DNA from: an uncultured delta proteobacterium
GTDB lineage: Bacteria > Desulfobacterota > Desulfobacteria > Desulfobacterales > JAHEIW01
Reading direction: 5' to 3'
Assembly: GCA_963706575.1 (NCBI GenBank)
Contig: CAVPNL010000014.1
Location: forward strand, 101,838-165,837
Length of the DNA: 64,000 bases
The translations under genes and the position numbers were made by a program. Below, piece by piece: positions 1-9,357 of this stretch. Each line of letters begins with the position of its first letter. Positions within the stretch are counted from its first letter, which is position 1. The notes beneath the pieces were generated by a model. The model saw only the letters and a list, made by a program, of their open reading frames with translations, did not search any database and was not told where the DNA came from.

Positions 1-2
1 AG

Positions 3-2597
3 GCTGCTGCGCGAAATAATATCAAAATTCCCCACCTGTGCTATCATCCGGACCTGAAACCCTTCGGCGCCTGCCGTCTGTGCCTGGTGGAAGATGAAAA
101 AACCGGACGGCTGATGGCCTCCTGCGTAACGCCGGTTGCTCCGGAAATGACCATCCAAACCCAAACAGCGCGCATCCTGAGCCATCGCCGCAACATTGTG
201 CGCCTGATGATCGCCGAACATCCGGAGTCCTGCATCGTCTGCAGCAAGGGCAACCGCTGTCAGCTGCGCTGGGTCGCCGCTCAAATGGGCGTTGGCGAAA
301 CCGATCTGTATTCGATGCCCAACTACAAACCGTTGGAGCAGGCAAATCCGTTTATTATCCGAGATCTGAGCAAATGTATTCTGTGCGGCAAATGCATCCG
401 GGCGGACCATGAACTCGTTGCCGTCGGCGCCATCGATTACAACATGAGAGGCTTTGATTCCCGCCCGGCGACCGTTCATGAACAGGGACTTGAGAAATCA
501 AACTGCACGTTCTGCGGCACCTGCGTATCCATGTGCCCGACCGGTGCGCTCTCCGCTAAAAACAGCCAGTACGTCGGCAGCCCGGAAAAAGAATCATTTT
601 CGATCTGCGGTTTTTGCGGCGTCGGCTGCCGCCTGGCGATGGGTCAGTCAGCCAACAAAATCATCGACGTTAACCCTGCGCACCTGGCGGACACCGTCAA
701 TAAAGCCACCCTGTGTGTGCGCGGCCATTTCGCCCATGATTTTTTGAATTCAAGCGACCGCTTAATCGCACCTTTGATGCCCAAAAAAGGAGAAGATGAA
801 AGTATACAGATGGCGCCGGTTCCCTGGGAAGAAGCGCTGGATGTGATCGCCGGTCGTTTGAGCCAGATTAAAGATGAAAACGGCCCGCAAAGCATCGCCT
901 TTATGGGTTCATCAAAATGCAGCAATGAAGAAAATTATCTATTCCAAAAAATTGCCCGCGTGCTAATTGGAACCAATAATATCGATAATGGCGGATATGT
1001 CTCCGGACAGTTCCTGTCGACATTTTTAGATCAAAAAACCGGCGGAGGATGTCGCCTAACGCCGCTCAGTGACCTCGAAAAAGCAGATGTCATTCTGATT
1101 CTGGGTGCCGATCCCAACCACTCCCTTCCGGTCGTCAGTTACTATCTCAAACGCGCGGCCAAACAGGGTACACCGCTGATCGTGGTCGACCCGCGCAAAA
1201 CAGAATTGGTCAGCTTCGCAGCTGAGTGGTTGCGCATCAAACCCCAAACTGATCTGGAACTGCTCAATGCCCTGGCCGCGTTACTGCATGAAAAAAATGC
1301 CTACGACTCGGAATTCATCGATCGGCATGCCGAGGGATTCAGCATCTTCACTTACGGCCTGTCTTCGCTCGATGTGGATAAGGTCAGCCGTGTCAGCGGC
1401 CTGGCGGTGGAACGCTTGAAGGCAACGGCCGAATTTTTAAAAGGAAAACGAATCGCCTTTGTCGTCGGCCATGGTATTTTGCAGCAACGCTATGGTATTC
1501 ACACCATGGGCGCGATTCTCAATCTGTCATTGATGACCGGAAGTCTGGGAACTGAAGGTGCCGGTATTTATGTCCTTGCCAGAGAAAACAACCAGGGCGG
1601 CGCCATGGACATGGGCGCGGTACCGAACCTGCTTCCCGGTCGAATGCCCTTGGATGAGAATGCGGCCAGAAAAACCTGGGAAAAGAACTGGAAGGTAAAA
1701 ATTTCGCCGGATCCCGGCCTCAATATGAGGCGCATCATTGAAGCCGCCGAAAACGGTCAGCTTAAAGCGCTCTATATCATGGGCGAGAATCCACTGCGGT
1801 CTTTACCTCAAACTGAACGCGTTAAGGCCGCAATTGAAAAGCTGGAATTTGTGGTGGTGCAGGATATTCTCAATAATGAGGTCGTCAAACTGGCGGATGT
1901 GGCCTTACCCGGGGCGGCCGCCAGTGAAAAGAGCGGCTCCTTTACCAATATGGAAGGCCGAATCCAGCATTTTTCACCGGTTGTGCCCCCGCCCGGTAAG
2001 GCAAAGCCCGACTGGAAGATCTTGGATCTGCTGGCCACCCGGCTGGGGGCTCCAGAACCCTACGGTACGGTGGAAAAAATCCGTGAAGAGATTTGTCGTC
2101 TGGTTCCGCCTTACGCTCAGATGAATGCAAACGGGCAGAGCTGGCTGAACACATCCAGCCCGATGGCCGCCTTTCACGATGAAGGCGCCGGCAAAATGAT
2201 ATCCTTTTCGCCGGTGGTTTCAACCGCAGATGAACAAAGCGATGCCGACTATCCCTACCAGGCGATATTGGGGACTTTGCGATTCCATTTAGGAAGCGGT
2301 ACCCGTACGATCGCTTCAGGGCGCATTCGCGATTTTGATTTAAACGCTGAGGTGGTCATCTGTGCAGCGGATGCCGAGCAGCTCAAATTAAAAGATGGTG
2401 ATACCGTACAGATAGAATCCCGCTGGGGTGCGATCAAAAGAAAACTGGGCTGCAGCAATCGTGTGGGGCCCGGCCAGCTTTTTGTTCCGCTGGCGGTCAA
2501 CGCCAATGATGCCATGAACCTCATCGACTTGAGTGACCTGGCCGACCCGAAATCCACCGGCTGGAAGACCTGTGCGGTCAGATTAAAAAAGGCATAG
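3..2597 (+). CDS. Formate dehydrogenase alpha / NuoG-like multi-FeS molybdopterin-oxidoreductase-fold subunit (5' partial; catalytic Cys/Sec absent)
   Basis: Frame is open from base 3 (…IPHLCYHPDLKPFGACRLCLVE, 2Fe-2S motif). Also HxxxCxxCx5C, CILCGKC and CTFCGTCVSMCP ferredoxin motifs, CGFCGVGC…LCVRG cluster motif, GSSKCSNEENY, EKSGSFTNMEGRIQ, and a C-terminal molydopterin-dinucleotide-binding-like domain. Confidence 0.85.
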   Translation, partial: AAARNNIKIPHLCYHPDLKPFGACRLCLVEDEKTGRLMASCVTPVAPEMTIQTQTARILSHRRNIVRLMIAEHPESCIVCSKGNRCQLRWVAAQMGVGETDLYSMPNYKPLEQANPFIIRDLSKCILCGKCIRADHELVAVGAIDYNMRGFDSRPATVHEQGLEKSNCTFCGTCVSMCPTGALSAKNSQYVGSPEKESFSICGFCGVGCRLAMGQSANKIIDVNPAHLADTVNKATLCVRGHFAHDFLNSSDRLIAPLMPKKGEDESIQMAPVPWEEALDVIAGRLSQIKDENGPQSIAFMGSSKCSNEENYLFQKIARVLIGTNNIDNGGYVSGQFLSTFLDQKTGGGCRLTPLSDLEKADVILILGADPNHSLPVVSYYLKRAAKQGTPLIVVDPRKTELVSFAAEWLRIKPQTDLELLNALAALLHEKNAYDSEFIDRHAEGFSIFTYGLSSLDVDKVSRVSGLAVERLKATAEFLKGKRIAFVVGHGILQQRYGIHTMGAILNLSLMTGSLGTEGAGIYVLARENNQGGAMDMGAVPNLLPGRMPLDENAARKTWEKNWKVKISPDPGLNMRRIIEAAENGQLKALYIMGENPLRSLPQTERVKAAIEKLEFVVVQDILNNEVVKLADVALPGAAASEKSGSFTNMEGRIQHFSPVVPPPGKAKPDWKILDLLATRLGAPEPYGTVEKIREEICRLVPPYAQMNANGQSWLNTSSPMAAFHDEGAGKMISFSPVVSTADEQSDADYPYQAILGTLRFHLGSGTRTIASGRIRDFDLNAEVVICAADAEQLKLKDGDTVQIESRWGAIKRKLGCSNRVGPGQLFVPLAVNANDAMNLIDLSDLADPKSTGWKTCAVRLKKA

Positions 2598-2635
2598 CGC
2601 ATGGCGCATAAAAGATTGTCATCAAATATTCAGCC

Positions 2636-2663
2636 GTGAACCTTGAACCCTGAACCTTGAACC
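2636..2663 (+). repeat. Heptamer tandem repeat (NTGAACC)x4
   Basis: gtgaacc ttgaacc ctgaacc ttgaacc; the same unit occurs at 13235-13307. Confidence 0.8.
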
Positions 2664-2740
2664 TGTTTGAAATTAGCAACTCGACATATATATGGCTCAA
2701 ATATTAATTTAACCAAAAACGGATCAATAGGGCACACATC

Positions 2741-3214
2741 ATGAAACCACCGGAGATTGATTGGGACAAGATCCACGAAATCATTGAAAAACATAAAGGT
2801 GACAAATGGGGTTTGATTCCCCTGCTGCAGGAAGTACAGGAGCATACCGGTTATATCCCGCCGGAAGCGATCGAACCGATCGCCGAGGCCATGAAACTTT
2901 TCCCGTCCGAAGTTCAGGGGGTGATCACCTTTTATGCGGGATTTACCCTCAAACCCAAAGGGAAATACGTTCTGCGGGTCTGCCGCGGCACGGCCTGCCA
3001 CGTCAAAGGCAGCCGCAGTGTTCTTCGATTGATGCAAAAAGAGCTGGGACTCAAAGAAGGTGAAACCAGCCCGGACTATCAATTTACACTGGAAACGGTT
3101 GCCTGTCTGGGGGCCTGTTTTCTGGCACCCACCATGATGATCAACCGGGATTATTTCGGTAGACTTTCCCCGACTAAGGTCACCAGCGTCCTGGGGGAAT
3201 ATCAAAAAAAATGA
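2741..3214 (+). CDS. NuoE/HydC-like 2Fe-2S subunit
   Basis: LIPLLQEVQEHTGY, VCRGTACHVKG, ACLGACFLAP. Confidence 0.92.
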   Translation: MKPPEIDWDKIHEIIEKHKGDKWGLIPLLQEVQEHTGYIPPEAIEPIAEAMKLFPSEVQGVITFYAGFTLKPKGKYVLRVCRGTACHVKGSRSVLRLMQKELGLKEGETSPDYQFTLETVACLGACFLAPTMMINRDYFGRLSPTKVTSVLGEYQKK

Positions 3215-3282
3215 AGCTTTCCGTCTGCCCCACACGGATCTGAAGCAGGCGGGATATCCGAGCGAAAGGGAGAGCGTGCAAT

Positions 3283-6200
3283 ATGGAGAAGCTTTCATCC
3301 ATCGGAAAGCTGGAGTGGCTCCGCAACAAGATATTGTCCCGCAAAAAAGAAGGGGCCGTCGAAGTCCATGTGTGTATGACCGGCTGCCGGGCATATGGTG
3401 CCGCCGGCGTGCTGGAATCTTTAAAAGACGAGGTCAAGAGCCAGAAGCTCTCGAGCCAGGTGGAAATCCGTGCCACCGGCTGCCACGGTTTTTGTGCCAA
3501 GGCACCGGTGATTGCCATTGAGCCCATGGGGGTTCAATACCAGGAAGTGGAACCGGACGATGCGGCCGAGATCGTCGCTCTGACCTTGAAACGCAGTCAG
3601 CTCATCGACCGCCTGGCCTATCGCCAGCCCAAGACCTTTCAGCCTGTATTTTACCGCAACCAGATCCCCTTTTATGCCAAACAGGAGCGCCGGGTACTGG
3701 CCAACTGCGGCCGTATCGATCCCACCAATATCGAGCACTACATCGCTGCCGGCGGCTATCAGGCGCTGGTCAAAGCCTTGTCGAAGCTGTCGCCCGAACA
3801 GGTGATCGATGAGGTGCAGGCCGCCAAACTCAGGGGTCGCGGCGGCGCCGGATTTCCCACCGGCCTTAAATGGAAATTTGCCCGCCAGGCCGCCGGTCGG
3901 CCCAAATATACCGTCTGCAATGCGGACGAAGGCGATCCCGGCGCATTTATGGATCGCGCCATTTTAGAAGGCGACCCCCATGCCGTGGTGGAAGGGATGC
4001 TGCTGGGCGCCTACGCCATGGGCAGCGAATACGGCTACATCTATGTGCGCGAAGAGTATCCGATTGCGATCGATCATCTAACCATCGCCATCGAGCAGGC
4101 CAATGAACTGGGGCTTCTGGGTGAAAACATTCTGGGCACCGGATTTAACTTCGATCTCTCGCTGAGACTGGGCGCCGGCGCGTTTGTGTGCGGTGAGGAA
4201 ACCGCCCTGATGGCCTCAATCGAAGGCAAGCGCGGCATGCCCCGAGCCCGGCCGCCTTTTCCGGCGCAAGCCGGCATCGACGCCAAGCCCACCAACATCA
4301 ATAACGTGGAAACCTGGGCCAATGTGCCCCTGATCATCAAAAACGGATCGGACTGGTACGGCGAAGTGGGTACCGATGACAGCAAGGGCACCAAAATCTT
4401 TTCCCTGGCCGGCAAGGTCAATAACACCGGTCTGGTAGAAGTGCCCATCGGATCAACCGTCAAAGAGGTCATCTATGATATCGGCGGCGGCATACCCAAG
4501 GGCCGGGCATTTAAAGCGGTCCAGATGGGCGGGCCCGCCGGCGGCTGTGTGCCTCCTCAGTTTTTGAACCTGTCCATCGATTACGACACCGTCCAGCGCA
4601 TCGGGGCCATCATGGGATCGGGCGGTATGGTGGTCATGGATGAAAACAACTGCATGGTTGAAATTGCGCGATTCTTTTTAAGTTTTACCCAGTCAGAATC
4701 CTGCGGTAAATGCGCGCCCTGCCGCCTGGGAACGACCCAGCTGCTGGAAATCCTCACGCGCATCACCCGCGGCCAGGGCCGCATGGAAGATATCGACACC
4801 ATCCGCGAGCTGGGGGAGACCATGACCGAAGCGTCCCTGTGCGGCCTGGGCCAGGCCTGCTCCAAACCGGCCCTTTCCACCATGAAATACTTCCTCAAAG
4901 AATACGAGGACCACATCAAGGAACATCGCTGTGCCGGGGCGGTGTGCGATTCGATGGTCATCTCCGCCTGTCAGCATGCCTGCCCGGCCGGCATCGATGT
5001 GCCCAACTATGTGGCCGCCATCGCCGACGGGGATTACGCCAAATCTGTTGAAATCATCCGGGAACGCAATCCGTTTCCGGCGGTCTGCGGGCGTATCTGT
5101 ATCCACCCCTGCGAATACAAATGCCGCCGCGGTGAGCTCGACCAGCCGGTTGCCATTCGGGCCCTCAAACGCGTGGCTTCAGACTGGTATTTTGAAAATA
5201 TCGGGCCACAAAGAGAGCCGTTTGCCGTCACCCGCCCTCAAAAAGTAGCCGTGGTCGGCGCCGGCCCGTCCGGCTTGACCTGCGCCTATTTTCTGGCCCA
5301 AATGGGTTATCAGACCACGGTTTTCGAAGCCCAGCCGGTGGCGGGCGGCATGCTCGGCATTGCCGTACCCGAGTTCAGGCTGCCGCGTGAGGTGATCGAG
5401 GAGGAGATCCAGTACATTCAAAACTGCGGGGTTGAAATCCGCTACAATTCACCCATTGACGCCAAACACACCTTTAGCGACCTGCTCAATGAGGGCTTCA
5501 GCGCCGTCTTCATTGCCGCCGGGGCCCAGGCCAGCAAACGAATCGGGATCCCCGGTGAAGAAGAGGGCCTCGAGGGTCTTTACTACGGCCTTGAATTTTT
5601 AACCCAGGTCCGCACAGGTAAAAAGGTGCCTTTAAGCGGCAAAACAGTAATTATCGGCGGCGGCAACGTGGCCGTGGATGTTGCGCGCACCGCCCTGAGG
5701 GCCGGTGCGCACGAAGCGCAAATATTCTGTCTGGAACCCCGTGATGAGATGCCGGCCTGGGAACAGGACGTGGACGAGGCCATTGACGAGGGCATCGTTA
5801 TTAATCCCGACCTGTCGCCCAGTAAAATCACCCACGAAGAGGGACGTGTGACCGGAATTGAATTCACACGCTGCATCTGTGTATTTGACGACGAGGGCTG
5901 CTTCAACCCTACCTGTGACCTCGACGACACCCGTTTTGTGGATGCCGACAATGTGATTATCTCCATCGGCCAGGCCGCCGACATGTCTTTTCTGGATGCC
6001 GACAGCAAGCTGGAGCGCGAACTCTGGGGCACACTGGTGGTGGACACCAATACGCTGGCCACCAATGTCCCCGGCGTTTTTGCCGGCGGGGACTTTACCA
6101 CCGGCCCGACTTTTGTCATCCGCGCCATTGCATCCGGCAGACGTGCCGCCATCGCCATTGACAAATATCTGGGGGGTGACAAGAGCCGCGTGTATATCCC

Positions 6201-6414
6201 GGATGAAAAGTCCCCCCGACATGCCGACACCAAACTGGCGCTTGAAAAGGAAAGTACGGAAGATAAACCCCGGGTCGAAGTCGAGTTTGAGGATGCCAAA
6301 GAACGCATAAAAGACTTCCGGGAAGTTGAAAAAGGATTTAGCGAAGAGGAAGCATACAACGAAGCCATCCGCTGCCTCCGATGCGACCTTGAAAAAGAGG
6401 AGAATGGGATATGA
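3283..6414 (+). CDS. NuoF/HydB-like NADH-binding flavoprotein fused to a GltD-like FAD/FeS oxidoreductase domain
   Basis: N-terminal thioredoxin-like 2Fe-2S domain (CMTGC…GCHGFC). NuoF motifs LRGRGGAGFPTG, CNADEGDPGAFMDR, GAGAFVCGEETAL, ESCGKCAPCRLG. GltD motifs CPAGIDVP, CGRICIHPCEYKC, VVGAGPSG, IIGGGNVAVD, EAIRCLRCD. Confidence 0.92.
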   Translation: MEKLSSIGKLEWLRNKILSRKKEGAVEVHVCMTGCRAYGAAGVLESLKDEVKSQKLSSQVEIRATGCHGFCAKAPVIAIEPMGVQYQEVEPDDAAEIVALTLKRSQLIDRLAYRQPKTFQPVFYRNQIPFYAKQERRVLANCGRIDPTNIEHYIAAGGYQALVKALSKLSPEQVIDEVQAAKLRGRGGAGFPTGLKWKFARQAAGRPKYTVCNADEGDPGAFMDRAILEGDPHAVVEGMLLGAYAMGSEYGYIYVREEYPIAIDHLTIAIEQANELGLLGENILGTGFNFDLSLRLGAGAFVCGEETALMASIEGKRGMPRARPPFPAQAGIDAKPTNINNVETWANVPLIIKNGSDWYGEVGTDDSKGTKIFSLAGKVNNTGLVEVPIGSTVKEVIYDIGGGIPKGRAFKAVQMGGPAGGCVPPQFLNLSIDYDTVQRIGAIMGSGGMVVMDENNCMVEIARFFLSFTQSESCGKCAPCRLGTTQLLEILTRITRGQGRMEDIDTIRELGETMTEASLCGLGQACSKPALSTMKYFLKEYEDHIKEHRCAGAVCDSMVISACQHACPAGIDVPNYVAAIADGDYAKSVEIIRERNPFPAVCGRICIHPCEYKCRRGELDQPVAIRALKRVASDWYFENIGPQREPFAVTRPQKVAVVGAGPSGLTCAYFLAQMGYQTTVFEAQPVAGGMLGIAVPEFRLPREVIEEEIQYIQNCGVEIRYNSPIDAKHTFSDLLNEGFSAVFIAAGAQASKRIGIPGEEEGLEGLYYGLEFLTQVRTGKKVPLSGKTVIIGGGNVAVDVARTALRAGAHEAQIFCLEPRDEMPAWEQDVDEAIDEGIVINPDLSPSKITHEEGRVTGIEFTRCICVFDDEGCFNPTCDLDDTRFVDADNVIISIGQAADMSFLDADSKLERELWGTLVVDTNTLATNVPGVFAGGDFTTGPTFVIRAIASGRRAAIAIDKYLGGDKSRVYIPDEKSPRHADTKLALEKESTEDKPRVEVEFEDAKERIKDFREVEKGFSEEEAYNEAIRCLRCDLEKEENGI

Positions 6415-7064
6415 TTCGATCCATAACGCAAAAAAAGCCGGAAAAAGAAATTGAGCGCCTTCTGAAAGGATTCAACCGAATATTCATTATTGGATGCGGA
6501 ACCTGCGTGACGCTCACCCGCACCGGCGGCGAACCTGAAGTACGCGCCATGAAAAAGGAGCTGTCAGAAAAAGGCAAAATGGTCACCGGTCAAACGGTGG
6601 TTCCGGTCGCCTGCGATAATTTAACCCGCGAATTTCTGAGCGATTTCGGTGAACAGATCGACCAGGCCGATGCCCTGCTGATCATGACCTGCGCTTTTGG
6701 CGTTCAAACCATTGCCCGACAGTTAAAAAAGATGGTGGTCCCAGCCCTGGACACCCTTTTTATCGGCAAGGAAACGGCCGTGGGCTTATTTGATGAGATC
6801 TGCACCCAGTGCGGCACCTGCATTATCGGTGAAACCGGCGGCATCTGCCCCGTGACAAACTGTCACAAGGGTCTGGTCAACGGGCCCTGCGGCGGAACCA
6901 ACCACGGCAAATGCGAAATTGACGTCGACAAAGACTGTGTCTGGACCTTGATTTATAATCGCCTTCAGGAGCTGGGGCGACTGGATTCCATGCGAACATA
7001 TCAAAAACCCCGCAATCACCAGGGAGAGCCCAAACCTGGTAAATTCAAGCTTCCTGAAGCTTGA
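6411..7064 (+). CDS. metV: Methylenetetrahydrofolate reductase small (Cys-rich) subunit MetV
   Basis: IIGCGTC, CTQCGTCIIGETGGICPVTNCHKGLVNGPCGG…CE…CVW; ATGA overlap with the upstream gene; directly precedes metF. Confidence 0.9.
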   Translation: MIRSITQKKPEKEIERLLKGFNRIFIIGCGTCVTLTRTGGEPEVRAMKKELSEKGKMVTGQTVVPVACDNLTREFLSDFGEQIDQADALLIMTCAFGVQTIARQLKKMVVPALDTLFIGKETAVGLFDEICTQCGTCIIGETGGICPVTNCHKGLVNGPCGGTNHGKCEIDVDKDCVWTLIYNRLQELGRLDSMRTYQKPRNHQGEPKPGKFKLPEA

Positions 7065-7070
7065 ATTTAG

Positions 7071-7099
7071 GTAATGGTTATTGGTTATTCGTTAATTGG
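7071..7099 (+). repeat. Heptamer-like tandem repeat (GTTATTG type)
   Basis: gtaatg gttattg gttattc gttaattgg; a similar run lies at ~17685-17714. Confidence 0.55.
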
Positions 7100-7169
7100 C
7101 AAAAAAAATCGAAGATAAATGAATTTCCGTGGTTTATTGACGGACCTAAAATAGAAGGGAAGTTTTACG

Positions 7170-8057
7170 ATGCCTACCAAATTCAAAGAGGCCCTTGAAT
7201 CCGGTAAATTTGTAGTCACCAGCGAGGTGGCACCCCCCAAGGGGACAAACCTTGAAAAATTTGAACACCACATTGACCTGTTAAAAGATAAGGTCGACGC
7301 CATGAATGTCACCGACCACCAGAGCTCGGTGATGCGCTATCCTTCTCTGGGTGGCTGCCTTAAGGTCAAAGAAGGAGGCGGAGAAGTCATTTTACAGATG
7401 ACCTGCCGGGACCGCAACCGACTCGCTTTGCAGGCCGACCTTCTTTTTGCATCCTATATGGGCATTCAAAACGTATTGTGTTTAACCGGGGACTCGATCA
7501 TCCTGGGTGATCACAAAGACGCCAAAAGTGTTTTTGACCTGGATTCCAGCCAGCTGCTGGAAACCATCCGAACTCTGGAAAACGGCAAAGATCTTGGCGG
7601 CAACGATCTGGACGGTGCGGTTTCATTCTGCGCCGGTGCCATCGTAACGCCTGAAGCTGATCCGCTCGAACCGCAACTGATCAAATTCGAAAAAAAGATC
7701 GAGGCCGGCGCCGAATTCATTCAGACCCAGGCCGTTTATGACCTTGATAAGTTCAAGGAGTTTATGGATTACGCCCGGCAGTTTAAAACAAAAATCCTGG
7801 CGGGTATAATTCTGCTGACATCGGCCCCCATGGCGCGCTTCATGAATAAAAACATCGCCGGGGTCTTTGTCCCACAGGATTTAATCGATGAAATGGCATC
7901 AGCACCTAAAGGCCAGGCCATAACCAAAGGCATCGAAATCGCCGGACGCATGATCAAACGCATCCATGAAGAGAAGATGTGCGACGGCGTGCACATCATG
8001 GCCATCGGCAAAGAGGAACTGGTGCCGGATATCATGCAGGCCGCCGGCCTAGTTTAA
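7170..8057 (+). CDS. metF: Methylenetetrahydrofolate reductase MetF
   Basis: EVAPPKG, NVTDHQ, QMTCRDRNRLALQ, LCLTGD, KKIEAGAEFIQTQ, DGVHIM. Confidence 0.95.
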   Translation: MPTKFKEALESGKFVVTSEVAPPKGTNLEKFEHHIDLLKDKVDAMNVTDHQSSVMRYPSLGGCLKVKEGGGEVILQMTCRDRNRLALQADLLFASYMGIQNVLCLTGDSIILGDHKDAKSVFDLDSSQLLETIRTLENGKDLGGNDLDGAVSFCAGAIVTPEADPLEPQLIKFEKKIEAGAEFIQTQAVYDLDKFKEFMDYARQFKTKILAGIILLTSAPMARFMNKNIAGVFVPQDLIDEMASAPKGQAITKGIEIAGRMIKRIHEEKMCDGVHIMAIGKEELVPDIMQAAGLV

Positions 8058-8082
8058 ATTGAGGAGTGGAGCGGTTCTCAAC

Positions 8083-8153
8083 GTCAGGCCCGCGCAGGCG
8101 GGCATCCAGTCATGAAATAAACAGTTCTGGATTCCCGCCTGCGCGGGCCTGAC
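8083..8153. repeat. REP-like palindrome (27-bp arms, 1 mismatch), GTCA…CCCGCGNAGGCGGG…ATCCAG family; probable RNA hairpin after metF
   Basis: GTCAGGCCCGCGCAGGCGGGCATCCAG…CTGGATTCCCGCCTGCGCGGGCCTGAC. Confidence 0.85.
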
Positions 8154-8341
8154 AAGCTTGAAAAGAATAAACTCTCCAACCGCTGAGTTTAAATTAAAAG
8201 CACTCTCATGTTGCGCACTTTATCCAGTTGCCTGTTAGCCTATCGGAAAATCTTTCCACCCTATAACCTCTTTACACTTCAGCCACTTTTTTGCTATTTA
8301 GAGCCAGACCACAAAACCAAAACTCTATTCATGGTGAGAAG

Positions 8342-9319
8342 ATGATTGCAAAAATACAATTCAGAAATTCGGTTGTCATCGGCTTGCTTATGGTTCTGAT
8401 AATATTAGCAGGCTTTCCGGCAAGCCTGTTCGCTCAAGATGCCCAATCGGCGAACTCTTTAAAAGTTGCACTACTGCCCATTTTAGATACCCTGCCCTTC
8501 CACGCCGCCCAGGCCAAAGGCTATTTTGACCGCTATGGTGTTTCCGTCACAGGTGTGCCGGTAGGCAGTGGTCTGGAAAGAGATCAACTCATGCAGGCCG
8601 GCGCCATTGACGGCATGCTCAACGAAATGGCCACGACGGCCAATTTCAATCGCGAACGGGTCCAGGTCCAGATTATTTTATCTGCCCGTAAAGCCTATCC
8701 GCATTATCCCCTGTTTCGTATTTTGGCGGCACCCGGCAGCGGCTTAACCTCCCCGAAAGATTTAAAAGGGATTCCGATCGGCGTCTCTAAAAATACCATC
8801 ATTGAATACGTAACAGACCGCTTGCTGGCGGCCAATGGGTTGACCCCGAATCAGATTGTAAAAAAATCCATTCCGGTCATACCAGAGCGATATCAATTAC
8901 TATTACAGGGCCAGGTAAAAGCCGCCACCCTGCCGGATCCACTGGCCAAAAGCGCCCTTGAAGCCGGCGCCGGTGTCGTGATCGACGATTCAGCACATCC
9001 GCAATACAGTGTCAGCGTTTTGAGCTTCAGCATTCAGGCTTTAGAAAACAAAGCAGATACGGTTCGACGGTTTATCAAGGCCTGGAATCAAGCAGCGCAG
9101 GATATCAACGCCGATCCCGAAGCACATCGCCGCCTTTTGCTTCAAAAAATCCGGGTGCCTAAAAACATTCAGCAAATTTACCGTATTCCGCCGTTCCCCG
9201 TTCGGGAGGTGCCCAGTGTCGAACAATGGGCAGATGTGATGAAATGGATGCTATCAAAAAAGCTGTTGAAGGCACCACTTCCGTATAAAGAATCCATTAC
9301 CACCCAATACCTGCCATGA
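8342..9319 (+). CDS. ABC transporter substrate-binding protein (NitT/TauT/SsuA-like)
   Basis: Signal peptide; LPILDTLPFHAAQAKGYF, DLKGIPIGVSKNT, AATLPDP; followed by ATPase and permease. Confidence 0.85.
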   Translation: MIAKIQFRNSVVIGLLMVLIILAGFPASLFAQDAQSANSLKVALLPILDTLPFHAAQAKGYFDRYGVSVTGVPVGSGLERDQLMQAGAIDGMLNEMATTANFNRERVQVQIILSARKAYPHYPLFRILAAPGSGLTSPKDLKGIPIGVSKNTIIEYVTDRLLAANGLTPNQIVKKSIPVIPERYQLLLQGQVKAATLPDPLAKSALEAGAGVVIDDSAHPQYSVSVLSFSIQALENKADTVRRFIKAWNQAAQDINADPEAHRRLLLQKIRVPKNIQQIYRIPPFPVREVPSVEQWADVMKWMLSKKLLKAPLPYKESITTQYLP

Positions 9320-9357
9320 GGGCCTGAGGGAGAAATAGGTAAAAAAATTACTATCCG

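Noticed and set aside
2630..3394. Long antisense or overlapping ORFs (e.g. 2630-3394, 5583-6431, 17040-17675, 32678-33370, 33885-34574)
   Set aside because: They are shadows of well-supported genes on the opposite strand and have no recognisable motifs.
9334..9355. AATAGGT…ACTAT as another operator copy
   Set aside because: Half-site spacing differs and it lies inside an operon.
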